Shown piece by piece: positions 42,301-53,900 of a stretch of DNA of 64,000 nucleotides. The notes below the pieces were generated by a model. It was not told where the DNA came from, did no database searches, and worked only from the letters and a program-made list of their open reading frames with translations. The DNA is from Nemertoderma westbladi. Lineage: Eukaryota > Animalia > Xenacoelomorpha. Each line of letters starts with the position of its first letter. Position 1 is the first letter of the stretch. The position numbers and the translations under genes were made by a program. Location of the stretch: assembly GCA_032718475.1 (NCBI GenBank), contig JAUCBJ010009082.1, forward strand, positions 1-64,000. The letters are read 5' to 3'.

Positions 42301-42847
42301 TAAGCCAGTGAAATGTAGAAGCCATCCATCAGTGTAAGCCAGTGAAATGTAGAAGCCATCCATCAGTGTAGGATAGTGGTTTGTAGAAGCCACCCATCAA
42401 TGTAAGCCATTGAAATGTAGAAGCCATCTATTAGTGTAAGCCATTGAAATGTAGAAGCCATCTATCAGTGTAGGATAGTGGAGTGTAAAAGCTATCCATC
42501 AGTGTAAGCCAGTGGAATGTAGAAGCCATCCATCAGTGCAAGCCATTGAAATGTAGAAGCCATCCATCAGTGTAGGATAGTGGATTGTAGAAGCCATCCA
42601 TCAGTGTCCATCCTACAGTGAAAGCCAGTGGAATGCTGAAGCCATCCATCAGTGTAGGATAGTGGATTGTAGAAGCCATCCATCAATGTAAGCCAGTGAA
42701 ATGTAGAAGCCATCCATCAGTGTAAGCCATTGAAATGTAGAACCCATCCATCAGTGTAGGATAGTGGAGTGTAGAAGCTATCCATCAGTGTCCATCCAAC
42801 AGTGTAAGCCAGTGAAATGTAGAAGCCATCCATCAGTGTAAGCCATT
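33364..42847. repeat. 34-bp satellite, ~9.5 kb, two interspersed monomer types, with an internal inversion
   Basis: Type A GTAAGCCA(G/T)TGAAATGTAGAAGCCATCCATCAGT; type B GTAGGATAGTGGATTGTAGAAGCCATCCATCAGT; reverse-oriented block 33887-34419. Confidence 0.99.
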
Positions 42848-43784
42848 ACACTAAGTAAGTTATAAATTTAGGTAATCTGCATTTTGGACGAAGGTTAAGC
42901 TGTCAGAATAATATATCATGTCCAGAAATATGGTGTTGTAATTCAGGTACATGGAGCAAAAAACTAAACAACTTGTATGAATTTGACGGCGATATTGACC
43001 TATCGTTTATTGCTCTTGGGGGACTATTGACTCACAGGTCACCTCGGCGAATTACCAATGTTAATTATCAATTAAAGGAAAGTGTATAAATACTGATGCA
43101 CTCTCGTTAAAGGAAAGGACTAGAGTACAGGGAAACGTTATTATCACCAAAACAATAAACGGGTATCATATCAGTTCTATTATTACAATTATATTTTTGT
43201 GATTGCGTCATGACTCAAGAGACTCCCTCCCTTCCCATTCAGTGCATTATTATGTAAAAAAGTAAATTTTCTTCGGTTCACCTCCATAAATAATATCAGT
43301 ATATTTTCATTAGATATTTACAGACATCATACATGACATGATATCGATACCAAAATATCGGTCAAGTATACAGAATACAACATAATATAGATTTAGATTC
43401 AATACCACATCAGATAGAAATGATAAAAGATACTAACAACACAATACATTAAATGTCTTTATCATTAAAGGGATCAAAATTGTTGATTACTTAAAAAATA
43501 CAATTATCTATTGATTAATGATGCCTAGATTGGAACAACATTACATTGAAAAGAACGTTTGAAGAAACATTAATATTAGCCTAATTGATAATTATCAATT
43601 AACATTAATAAGCGTTGAAATATACTATAATAATTAATATATTGCAAATTTAATTGCGAAACAGCGGTGTTCAATTGTAGATGTTGTTTTCTGATTATTT
43701 TCCCCACATACATACATACATACATTTCGAAAATCGTTTGGCGCCGTAAGAAGTATTAATTTTAGGAAATAAAAATATAGGTAT

Positions 43785-43890
43785 CTTATACAAGTAGATA
43801 ATAATGATCTAGGCCAGACCAAGTTTGTATATATGTTCTTATACAAGTAGATAATAATGATCTAGGCCAGACCAAGTTTGTATATATGTT
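43785..43890. repeat. 53-bp exact tandem duplication abutting the HINE-like element
   Basis: CTTATACAAGTAGATAATAATGATCTAGGCCAGACCAAGTTTGTATATATGTT twice (43785, 43838). Confidence 0.92.
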
Positions 43891-44400
43891 ACACGAAGTG
43901 GGGACTTCGCGCAGCACGAAGTTGGCGAAGCCTTAGCGAATTGACACTGTTAGGGGGTGGGTCAATTTATGCAAATAGTTGTCGTTGTCACGTTGGCCCT
44001 CTAGCGGCAGACTGGAGAACTGCAGATGGATTCGCCTCCTTTGAAAGTCACAGCTAATGGTCTAATACATATCTGCCAAGTTTCAGCTTAAACGGATTAA
44101 AAACAAAGAAATGGGAGGGCATTTAATGTTTAGACATGTGGCCCTCTAGCGGGAGACCATTGCACTGATGGTGTCTGAAAGTCTCTCAAAAATCTCAACT
44201 GTTGCTCATATTGATACCTACAAATTTTCAACTTGGCAGCGTTAAATCCGACAAAGTTATTAGCATGTCAAAATCGTAACGACGACGACAACGACGACGA
44301 CGACAACGACGACGACGACGACAACTATTTGCATAAATTGACCCACCCCCTAACAGTGTCAATTCGCTAAGGCTCCGCCAACTTCGTGGCTCGCCCCACA
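43890..44400 (-). mobile_element. HINE/Helentron-like non-autonomous element, copy 2, with ~75-bp subterminal inverted repeat
   Basis: Terminal hairpin CGAAGT-GGGG-ACTTCG (~43894-43909), (GAC/AAC)n microsatellite 44278-44323, inverted arms 43916-43990 / 44315-44388, two GGCCCTCTAGCGG core repeats. Confidence 0.68.
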
Positions 44401-47349
44401 AGAATCCATTAGACAGTAACTGTGTCGTGCAGAACTCTAAATAACAATAAATGGAAACGGTCCCACTACATAATACTCACAGGTGTTAAGGTACCGATAT
44501 GCTCATTGTTCATACCTAACGGAACGGTACACCACGCGGTGATCCGCAAGGCCAGCGGTACAACGTTGAGTGTGTACGACACAGTGGTATGTGAACAGTA
44601 AATGATCTTGATTACTGTTGACTGAGAACGACCAAACATGTAGTTGTACGCTGGCTTACCGCTTCAGTACCACTAGAATGGATCAATAGGGATAAAACTA
44701 GCTGTCAAAGGGTAGTTTATCGTTCACGCCCTGGTGATTGTGAACGCTGAACAGGCTTTTACGAATATACCTGTACACAAAATCATTCTCAAAAATATTT
44801 AATGGAAATAAAGAAACAACTATATGTAATTGATATTGTTAGGCCTATCCCTATATATCGGTAAATAATTCAATACTGACCGATCCCTGTCAGTATATAT
44901 AACTCTTATATAGGCCTAATCACCTTCAAACGTGAATAATTTGGAACTTAAAACTAGTTTAAATTGGTATTTCCCATAATTGATATCAAAATACGGGCTG
45001 ACAAATATCATGTACAGATATTTAATAGAGTTTTCGCTTGAACTTAACTTGATGCTTAATATTATTTAGTAATAATATGTAAAGCAACTTCAGGCGTACC
45101 GGTAATGTATAGTAAATGGGAGGGTACATAGAACCCATTTCCCCTATTAAGAGGATTAAAGCATAGATTATGCTAAATGTTCCGGTACCATGATCACTGA
45201 CCAGACAATGAAATACATAATTCGACAATTACCGGTATATATATATATATATATTATAATAATAGTAATAATAAGATATATCAAATGTCTGCCTGACCAA
45301 ACAATAAGACCATAGACCTACTACATACCCAATATATTGTATGTTGGGTTCGGTAACCAAAGCCTCCGCCATAGCCATACAAAACATTCTGGGTGGTTTG
45401 GGATTCGGTAAATGATTAGAGAAACAAATTCTAGGTCAATCAATACATGGAAATTTTATTTAAGATATATTTAATTCTTATTGCCATATGCTAATTATGT
45501 ATACATTAACCATAACAGTAATTTAGTATTACTATTTCTCAAAAAATACACCACATTACATTACAAAAAATACTCAGGTCGGATATTGGTCAATATCTGT
45601 CGGATATTATACAAGACATTTGACCAGAGCGGAAATCTGGTACATCATTATCATTACAATATGTATGTATAAATCGAATATTTAAATCGTCTCTTAATTT
45701 ACGTGAATGAGCCGCCCCCCACCCCCCCCCCCCCCCCTGCCCTTAATTTTTCTGCAAATTTTATTGAGATTGTATGGAATCCATAAGTAAGCAACCCTAG
45801 GCAGCAGCTGTTGGACAGACTAGTGGACCCATGTGAGGTATACCAGACTTTCTTCTGTTAATCTGTAATTTTACTTTGCAGTTTATCCCCATGTGAAGAA
45901 TACCAGATCAGATATCTACGTAATTTAATTGACGATCTCTATCACACTACAGGCACCACTTTTTAAATAGAAAACATCAGTGTTATTTTATTCGGCGGAC
46001 TTGGCAGCTTTATGACTTGGGGTTGGGGAGTTTTGTAGTTACTGACTGGGATATTGGTTTTTTTTTTTTAGGTTAGGGTTTGTTGGTCAGGCACAAACCA
46101 TAATTAAAACATTAATTGAACATAAATTACAGAAAAATCCTTAGATTAGAGACTCATGACTTATGGTTAGGGTTCAATTACTGCTTTAACACGTTTGCTT
46201 TGGGTCGTCACTCTTGTAACCTGTGAGAGGACCACGTGAACCGTGAAAAAGTGGCACCTCTAGTGCGATATCCCCAACTATATCATACGGTACATCAAAT
46301 ATAAATAGTTAGCATATACTTTATATTTATGTAAACATTACTTTGATACGTACATCCTATACCGGTAAATTCGTACATTAATGTATGAAATATATTATAC
46401 ATAAATAGGTAGATGGATATCATATTATATCATATACAGTACCGGTATAAACTATAATTTGCTTATAAGGAAAATTTATATATAATAATAAGTACAATGA
46501 GCAGAAACTAAGTATATCGACAAGGATATGGATGGATAAAACTACCAGCTCGATAACTCGTTATGAGCGATGTACCTACGTATATACTATACATACGGTA
46601 CATCAGACACAAATATATTATCTGGATATGCGATGTCTGTTTACCTCACTACACTATGGCGGGAACATTAGTCCCTCCCAACTGACATACAGTAAAAATA
46701 TTTGCCGTGTTCTTGAGAAGTATGTATGCATATGTTACATATACATAATTGGAGGATCGTTTTGTTTAATGGTAGAACAGTACCGGTACTCTAGTTGTAG
46801 CTTAGAAAATAAGTATCACTCTAGGCCTACCTACAGTGTTGTACATACTATACAGATATCATAGTAATACTACAGTACAGTCTCTAAAATAAATAGGACG
46901 AACCTTCCGTACATATCCCGGAACGGTACTAGAAAGGTTTATTACAAATCTGAGAAATGTGTGTACCGGTACCGGTATACATACCGTATATACTAAATGA
47001 AGCATATACGGGATATATACATCAATACGACCATTCCCAGTGCAACTACCAACTACTGCAATAACAATGAGACATAAAATCATGAAATATAAATGCCCAA
47101 CAAAATAGTAGAACACTGTTGGACGGATTGGATAATGTATAATATACTTCCAAATCCAAAGTGACGAGTATAATGAAGATAACTTGTTAATGTTAGTGAT
47201 GTAAAATGTTTCCGAACAAGCCATATATAACATTCTGTCGATTCATATCGATTCAGTTATCTCAGTCAAAAATAATATGAACGCTGAACGGCCTAGCCTA
47301 GCAATGTCATTAAGAGCAATGAAACAACATAATGGTCCTGAATTGAACA

Positions 47350-50300
47350 TTAGAAACCACCCCTGCCTCGTTTATTTGGCCCACCACGTTGACCTCTTCC
47401 TCCACCACGGAAGGATGACTTCCCTGAATTCGTTCCCCTGGTAGCAAATTTCCCTCTTCCAGAATTTCCACGATTTCCTCTACCAGAACTTCCACGATTT
47501 CCTCTACCAGAATTTCCACGATTTCCTCTACCAGAATGTTGTTGATTTCCTCCACGACCCCCACCAGCTGATCCTCCAGAACCATGGTGACTATAATCAT
47601 CTCCACCATAACTTTGATTCGGGAATTGTTGTTCACTGTGGGCGGGAGGCCATGGGCCACCAACTGATGCATTTCCTCCTGTAAGAAATGGTGGGTGAGC
47701 AGCCCCTGTTGTGCCTGTTTGCTGCCTAGCAACAGCGTATCGAGGTTGGCTGGGGGGACCACATGGCCGTTGTGGTGGTGTTGCAAACTGACTCTGAGGT
47801 TGGTAAGGTTCAGTCAATGAAGGACGATGATGTTGGTTAGCAATGGGCACATCCAACAGAGATGGCAGATTTGGTGTCTGAGTTGAGTTAAAAGAAGCAA
47901 CCTGTGAAGGTTGACTTGATGGCGGAGCATTAGAGTAAGGGTGTTGGTATGGAGCAGTAGACACTGATTGACTTGAGAAATTATAAGGAACTCTTCCAGA
48001 TCTTGATTGATTAGACTGTTGTGGCTGCTGAAATGGTGAACCAGTTCCTGGTTGATTTGTTTGATGTGGCTGTTGATATGGTGAACCAGTTCCTGGTTGA
48101 TTTGCCTGATGTGGCTGTTGATATTGTGAATCAATCTTACCTGATTGATTTGTCTGTAGTCGCTGTTGATATGGTGAGCCAGAACCTTCTTGATTTGTAT
48201 GAGGTTGCTTATTTGTATCACTGCCTGAGCGAATTAGCTGCTGCTGATACTGATATGTTCCTGGTTGATTTGAATGACGAATGTCGAATATCGTTTGCTG
48301 ATGCTGATGCTGATATTGGCTAGCGCTAACAGCAGGTGGCTGATGCATATATGGATCAATATTCGATTGACTTGATTTTGATTGAGGTTCTGCTTGATGA
48401 ACAGACTGTTGTATAGAAGACATCTGATAGGATGGATTATCTTTGTTAACCCCACCATGTGTAGGAGGATAGTTTGAATGTCCACTATCTGCAAATTGTA
48501 GAGATGGAGAGTTACTGTATGAAGGATGATGTGATCTATGAGCTGTATTAGCTTCAGACCACTGATCCACTTGGCTTCCATAGGAAGGTCTCATATCATT
48601 GCCTCTACCACCACGCTGCTGGTCTCCTGATGCAGCTGTTTGTGTGGGCTTATATGATTGAACAGTGTTAGAAAAATGTGAGTCAACAGAAGAAGGATTT
48701 GGGGGAACATCTGACTCGTTGGTATAGTAATGAACAGATGTATCAGGATTTGTGTATATGCTCTTGCCAAAGATATCTTGTTGGGAATGGTAATTTGCAT
48801 CTGAAGCAAAATTAGTAGGCCTAGTGTTATTATAAGCTAGTTCATGTGAACGGGACTGTGAAGCTGCATTTACATCACTGTAATGACTTGTCTTCTCAGA
48901 TTGATCAGAAATTGACAATGTAGGCGTAGGTGTAACAAAAGATTGGGTTGCCTGTGGCTTTAAGCCAGGTGGAGGCTCCCCTAAAATTGAACCAGTTGGT
49001 TGAGTGGAGTTAGGATATGGTTGAGGAAGTATCGTGCTGGCTTGTAATGGATATCCTCCACCATATGGGACATGGCTAACAGGTTGTGGTGGTATATACG
49101 GTAAAGGTGGAGGACCAGCAGGTGGAATGCCAACACTAGGTAATGCAGGGGCATAGGCATTAGGAACAGGTGCCATAATCATACCTGGCATAGGCATGGG
49201 GTATGCTGGATAGCCTGCAGGAAACTGCTGGTTTGGATAAGCTCCCAATAAAGGTGGTACAGTTTGGAATCCAGGTTGATAGAATGTGCCATACTGTGCA
49301 GAAACCATTGAAGGATTAGTACCGGTACCACTTTGTGAAGATGGTTGCGATGTAGCAGTTGGAGGATCAACTGTTGCTGGTGTTTTTTGGGAAATCACAG
49401 GCTTCTGAATCTCAGGATATATATTGGTGGTACTGTCTGCAGCATCTTCATCTACATCTACAAACACCATTTCGTAACGATGAGTTCTAGTGTTGTATAC
49501 CCTTCTCTGCTTTTTATTGGACAATCGCTTTGAATGATAATCATTACTGCTTGTTCGCTTTTTTGAATCTTTGTATTGTAAAGGTGATGGAGATCGTCTA
49601 ACCTTGCTATATCGCCCTGATTCAAAAGAAGAATCCCTTTTCAAATGTTGTTTCTCATATGTTGCAGAATGTTGTAATGGCTGATAAGACATCTTGAAGA
49701 CACTTTCACTAGGTTTAGACAAACTGGATAGTAATTTGTTAACCGTTTGCAATGTTGCCTCTGCTGATGCATCTCTCTCAACACTAGAATTCGATTGAAC
49801 ACCACAACTTTTTTCAAGCTTATCAACACTACCTGAAACATCTTTCTCAGATATTGGACCCACCTTCCCCATAACATCAGTTTCTTGGACTTTCAGCGAT
49901 TCATTATCCGATATTATAGACCGTTTTTGCACTGATTCAATGATTTCACCTGAAGCTTGAACTATATTACATCCAGTGTCAGCTGTATGTGATTCATTTG
50001 TTGATGTGTGACTTACTACTTGAGTACCTGTTATTAATTGTTTGTTTGAATTATCTAGTTCATGACCTGCATCACTATGACTACCATCTCTTGTTTCCTT
50101 GATTTCTAAACCTCTTTTGATCTCTGACCCTGACTGGTTTATATTAGTAGGATCACTCTTAGTATAATGATGCTCACTTAACTTGTCCTTAACAGATCCA
50201 CTAATTGTAAATTCATCCTTGGCGGATCTCCTCTGAACGTTGCCCTTTCCTTTTGCACTGAGTTCACTATCCAATTTCAGATCTTCAATTAAATCATCTC

Positions 50301-51444
50301 GAACATCAACAGATCCACGATTGTTAGAATCGCCATGGGCGTTTCTTGGTTCACTATATTCCTTGACGGAACCACCCTTATCACATCTCTCATCAAGAGA
50401 AGGTCCACTCCTCCCATATCTGTTATTCTCTGAATATGTTTTCTCATGTCTAAATGACCTCTTATCAGTAAATTCTTCTCTGGCCGATCTTCTTGATTGA
50501 CCTCCATGATAAGTTTCCCTTCTCTCTCCGGTTTCAAGTTTGGAAGATTTTCCATAATTCACATTTTCATAAGGTGCTCTATCAATATGTCCAATCTTAG
50601 AAACCTGCCTCTGTGAAAACTCGTCTTTTGCATTCCTCCTTCTATGATATTCTTCCCTGGGCATTTGTCTTCCACTAAATTCCTCCTTTGCTGATCGTCT
50701 TTTGAAAGAGAAATCATCAACATGACCATCATTCGGGGGGGCCAACAACCTCTCAAGATCAGATAATAATTTATCATTGCTGTGCTCGCCATAATGCTCA
50801 ATATCTTTAAATGTTTGGGAACTATATTCATCCTTTTTAGAGGGAAATATCTTATCATAGTATTCCCGATTTTTAGGTGATCTGGTGTCAAATTCCTCAT
50901 TGTCAGAAGGGAATCTTTTGTCAGAATATTTTCCACGTGCCACAGTATCCCTTGGAATAAAACCGGAATCTCTTTTTGTATTCCCATAATGTGTGGAGTT
51001 ATCTCTTTGGTTGTCTCCCTCTCGCAACCCAGATCGCGATTCATAACCTTGGTTTTCCCTTGGCCTCTGATTATTTCCATAGTTACCAGTAACAAACTGC
51101 TTTCCATCTGATTTCCTATCATAATATGTAGAACCAGTATTTCGTAATCTTCCTTCTTTTGTGTCACCCTTTTCATTATAATATGATCGATGGTCAAAAC
51201 TCTCAGTTTTCCTCATGTTTCTTTCCCTATCACCATCACCATGATCACCTCTTCTACTGGCAAAGCTGTCATTAGGTCGACTATAGTAGCTATCTATTCT
51301 GCCACTATGGTGTCTGTCGTGGGGTCTCGGGGAACCATGTCCTGCTCGGTAATTGGAACCACCACGACCATTGCGCCTCCCACTTCGATCACCCTTGTTT
51401 GCCGAATAACGACCTTGTTGCGTATAATAATTGTCACGATTCAT
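47350..51444 (-). CDS. Uncharacterised ~1364-aa low-complexity/disordered protein with C-terminal RG/RGG repeats
   Basis: 4.1-kb uninterrupted non-repetitive ORF in AT-rich DNA; first ATG at 51444 (AAAATG) 17 nt after a pyrimidine tract + TAG acceptor at 51462. Could be extended by upstream exons. No recognisable folded domain. Confidence 0.85.
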   Translation of the reverse strand: MNRDNYYTQQGRYSANKGDRSGRRNGRGGSNYRAGHGSPRPHDRHHSGRIDSYYSRPNDSFASRRGDHGDGDRERNMRKTESFDHRSYYNEKGDTKEGRLRNTGSTYYDRKSDGKQFVTGNYGNNQRPRENQGYESRSGLREGDNQRDNSTHYGNTKRDSGFIPRDTVARGKYSDKRFPSDNEEFDTRSPKNREYYDKIFPSKKDEYSSQTFKDIEHYGEHSNDKLLSDLERLLAPPNDGHVDDFSFKRRSAKEEFSGRQMPREEYHRRRNAKDEFSQRQVSKIGHIDRAPYENVNYGKSSKLETGERRETYHGGQSRRSAREEFTDKRSFRHEKTYSENNRYGRSGPSLDERCDKGGSVKEYSEPRNAHGDSNNRGSVDVRDDLIEDLKLDSELSAKGKGNVQRRSAKDEFTISGSVKDKLSEHHYTKSDPTNINQSGSEIKRGLEIKETRDGSHSDAGHELDNSNKQLITGTQVVSHTSTNESHTADTGCNIVQASGEIIESVQKRSIISDNESLKVQETDVMGKVGPISEKDVSGSVDKLEKSCGVQSNSSVERDASAEATLQTVNKLLSSLSKPSESVFKMSYQPLQHSATYEKQHLKRDSSFESGRYSKVRRSPSPLQYKDSKKRTSSNDYHSKRLSNKKQRRVYNTRTHRYEMVFVDVDEDAADSTTNIYPEIQKPVISQKTPATVDPPTATSQPSSQSGTGTNPSMVSAQYGTFYQPGFQTVPPLLGAYPNQQFPAGYPAYPMPMPGMIMAPVPNAYAPALPSVGIPPAGPPPLPYIPPQPVSHVPYGGGYPLQASTILPQPYPNSTQPTGSILGEPPPGLKPQATQSFVTPTPTLSISDQSEKTSHYSDVNAASQSRSHELAYNNTRPTNFASDANYHSQQDIFGKSIYTNPDTSVHYYTNESDVPPNPSSVDSHFSNTVQSYKPTQTAASGDQQRGGRGNDMRPSYGSQVDQWSEANTAHRSHHPSYSNSPSLQFADSGHSNYPPTHGGVNKDNPSYQMSSIQQSVHQAEPQSKSSQSNIDPYMHQPPAVSASQYQHQHQQTIFDIRHSNQPGTYQYQQQLIRSGSDTNKQPHTNQEGSGSPYQQRLQTNQSGKIDSQYQQPHQANQPGTGSPYQQPHQTNQPGTGSPFQQPQQSNQSRSGRVPYNFSSQSVSTAPYQHPYSNAPPSSQPSQVASFNSTQTPNLPSLLDVPIANQHHRPSLTEPYQPQSQFATPPQRPCGPPSQPRYAVARQQTGTTGAAHPPFLTGGNASVGGPWPPAHSEQQFPNQSYGGDDYSHHGSGGSAGGGRGGNQQHSGRGNRGNSGRGNRGSSGRGNRGNSGRGKFATRGTNSGKSSFRGGGRGQRGGPNKRGRGGF

Positions 51445-51461
51445 TTTGTATATATTAGTAC

Positions 51462-51490
51462 CTACAGCAGACAAGAAAAACCGAAAAGTA
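51462..51490 (-). promoter_or_regulatory. 3' splice acceptor upstream of the large ORF
   Basis: Minus strand TTACTTTTCGGTTTTTCTTGTCTGCTGTAG|GTACTAATATATACAAAATG. Confidence 0.6.
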
Positions 51491-52215
51491 ACTAAACCTA
51501 ATCATAATAAAAGGCTGACTACCTAATATTTAGGCATATCAATTAGCACTTCAGCACTTAGCAGATTAGTAGCTGGAATCGAATAGAAGGTTATGCAGTA
51601 CAGGCAGACTGGCAGACAGGACTACCGCTACCACTCTGCTCTGTTACTCACACCTCAATCACTCAATCTGAAACCTCTATATGACTATCTGACTACAGGT
51701 ACAGCGGTATATCCATTCATACAAAAATTGGAATATGTTAATACAATAAAAAGGAAGATACCAGTCATCAGCCAGTCAGACAATTGACAATACCACAATC
51801 TGACAATAGGTCAGTCAGTCAGTAGGTACTAGGTACCGTAGTCCGTCCGTACCAACCCCAGATTACCAGTACTAATTCGTTTATAAATTTACGAGGTTGT
51901 ACAGAGAATTTCAGGATTTGTACAGGCTATCTGACTATGGCAGTATGGTGTGTAGTGGCTAGTCAGCTCTGCTGCTCCGGACTGGTAGTGTATTAGGCCT
52001 ACCAGAGTATTCTATTACAGTATTATATTATGACACTATGAGAGTATTTCTGTACTTCAGTCTGTCAGTACTGCAGTAGGCCTACCGCCGTAACCGGTAT
52101 TTGGTTTCTTACATCTTACATTGGTCAGTTGGTTATGCTTATAGTTCCTCCGTTCAGCCGTTAGTTAGCCTAGTGGTTAGTTGGTCAGGCCAGGCCTCAC
52201 CCCAGCTGCCAGCTA

Positions 52216-53276
52216 GGAACTTCCTGCCAAAAGGGGCTGTCTCGACAGCCAAAATCGCGATAGACAAATTCATGAATTCCTCATTCAGTCGGGGAGAAGT
52301 TCTATTTTCAACTGAGTTGAAATTTCAACTTTATTTTTTTTAAATTCAACTTTTTATTAAAATTCAACTTTTGGAGTAGAGTTTAAAATTCAACTTTTGG
52401 AGTAGAGTTTAAAATTCAACTTTTGGAGTACCGGTAGCTTTGGAAATACTGAAATATGGAATTGGAATCCATTACTGGTATTCCATTGTCAGATTGTATA
52501 ATACAGTAGGTAATAATTATGACATTCAGCGGTAATTTAATACATCTAATAAACTGATAAATTCCCGTAGTATTTCAGTATCGGTATTTCAGCTAATTTG
52601 CAAATGTAATCACTTAAAATATTTTTTAAAAAAGTATTCCCGACGGTGAAAGTTGTTATTCCATCGGTAGGCCTAATGAGGGTAAATTTTTCGAGTTACA
52701 TCCATAAAAACAAACAAAATACCCCTTCTGTCAGTCTATGACGTCTTGGGGGCCTTCTGCAGTTCTGCGCCTCCTGCCATTTTAGAGTTGAATTTACAAT
52801 TTAAAAGTTGAATTTAAAAAAAAAGTTTTAACTCAGTTGAAATTTGAACTTCTCCCTGACTGTCTGACTGTCATTGAATATCATGGGAAAATAAATATTT
52901 TGGCGGTGCCTCCGCCTCTGCTGTTCTAATAGCGTTACCGGTATATACTGATATAGAAAGCTAGGCTGCTAGGCATACCAGGACCAGTAGATAGAGGATT
53001 TCTAACTTTATATTATGTACCCGGTATGAAAAAAAAATTAATTATTATGCTTGCTTTTGTTTTAATTCAGCAGTCTGCAGTCTGTTCAGTAATTAACAAT
53101 TAATCAAATTCCTGCCCCATTTTGGCTGTCCTGTGCTGTCTCTGTCTGGGTTTTGAAAAGCATGTCTAGACAGTTTTCCTGTCTGCCTGTGGCAGTGCTG
53201 CAGTGGCAGTGTAGTAAATCCAGCCTGGCTGCCTGGTATTGGCTGTTAGGACAGTCCCTTTTCGGCAGGAAGTTCC
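52216..53276. mobile_element. Outer MITE-like element, ~37-bp TIRs flanked by TA
   Basis: ta-GGAACTTCCTGCCAAAAGGGGCTGTCTCGACAGCCAA vs reverse complement of right end ta-GGAACTTCCTGCCGAAAAGGGACTGTCCTAACAGCCAA. Confidence 0.72.
52286..52862. mobile_element. Inner nested MITE-like element, ~80-bp TIRs starting CAGTC
   Basis: CAGTCGGGGAGAAGTTCTATTTTCAACTGAGTTGAAA... vs reverse complement CAGTCAGGGAGAAGTTCAAATTTCAACTGAGTTAAAA...; internal 26-bp triple repeat at ~52360-52430. Confidence 0.75.
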
Positions 53277-53900
53277 TAGCTGCAACCTATCAGTGTCAGT
53301 CAATTCAGCTGTTCAGTACAGCAGTCAGGCAGTAGGCCTACCTACTGTCAGACTGTACTGTCATTGACTGTGGCTGTGGCAAGTGCAGAAGTGTGGCATG
53401 GCTATGGCATAGCCTAACTGCCTAATTAATTTACCGTACCGCAGTACCGGGGACCGGTACCTACCTGACTGCCTGACTGCTGGACTGCCGGTAACCCTAA
53501 ATCTAACAGTATAACCATGATAACAGTATAAACTGCTTAACAAGCTGACAAGATCAGTCTAATTCATCATATATACTAGGCCTACTACTGCGAGACTGCA
53601 CTGTACTAGTACTACCGGCAGACCGGTAGGCCTACTAACTAGCTAACAGACTGTCTGACTGTAGGCAGTACTGCAGTAGGCCTATCTACAACCAGCTGAC
53701 CAGTACTGCAGTACTGCAGTAGTACCGGCACTTGTGACTTGTCAGCTTGCAGCTTGGTCGATAGAACGATAGAGCTCGGACACCTGGCAGCCTGGCTGCA
53801 GGACACGGACAGTAGGGCCTACACAGCTACAGCAGTCAGACAGTAAGACTGTGGAAATGAGACCATTTCAGCATTTAAACTTCCAAGCTTCACACTGTCA

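Noticed and set aside
33364-42847. CRISPR-like constant core plus variable segment
   Set aside because: Only two recurring cassette types, no unique spacers, no cas genes, eukaryotic context.
46070-46175. TTAGGG motifs (also near 10580 and, inverted, 55090)
   Set aside because: One or two copies only; not a telomeric array.
47310-51495. Overlapping alternative-frame and antisense ORFs
   Set aside because: Shadows of the long ORF without recognisable motifs.
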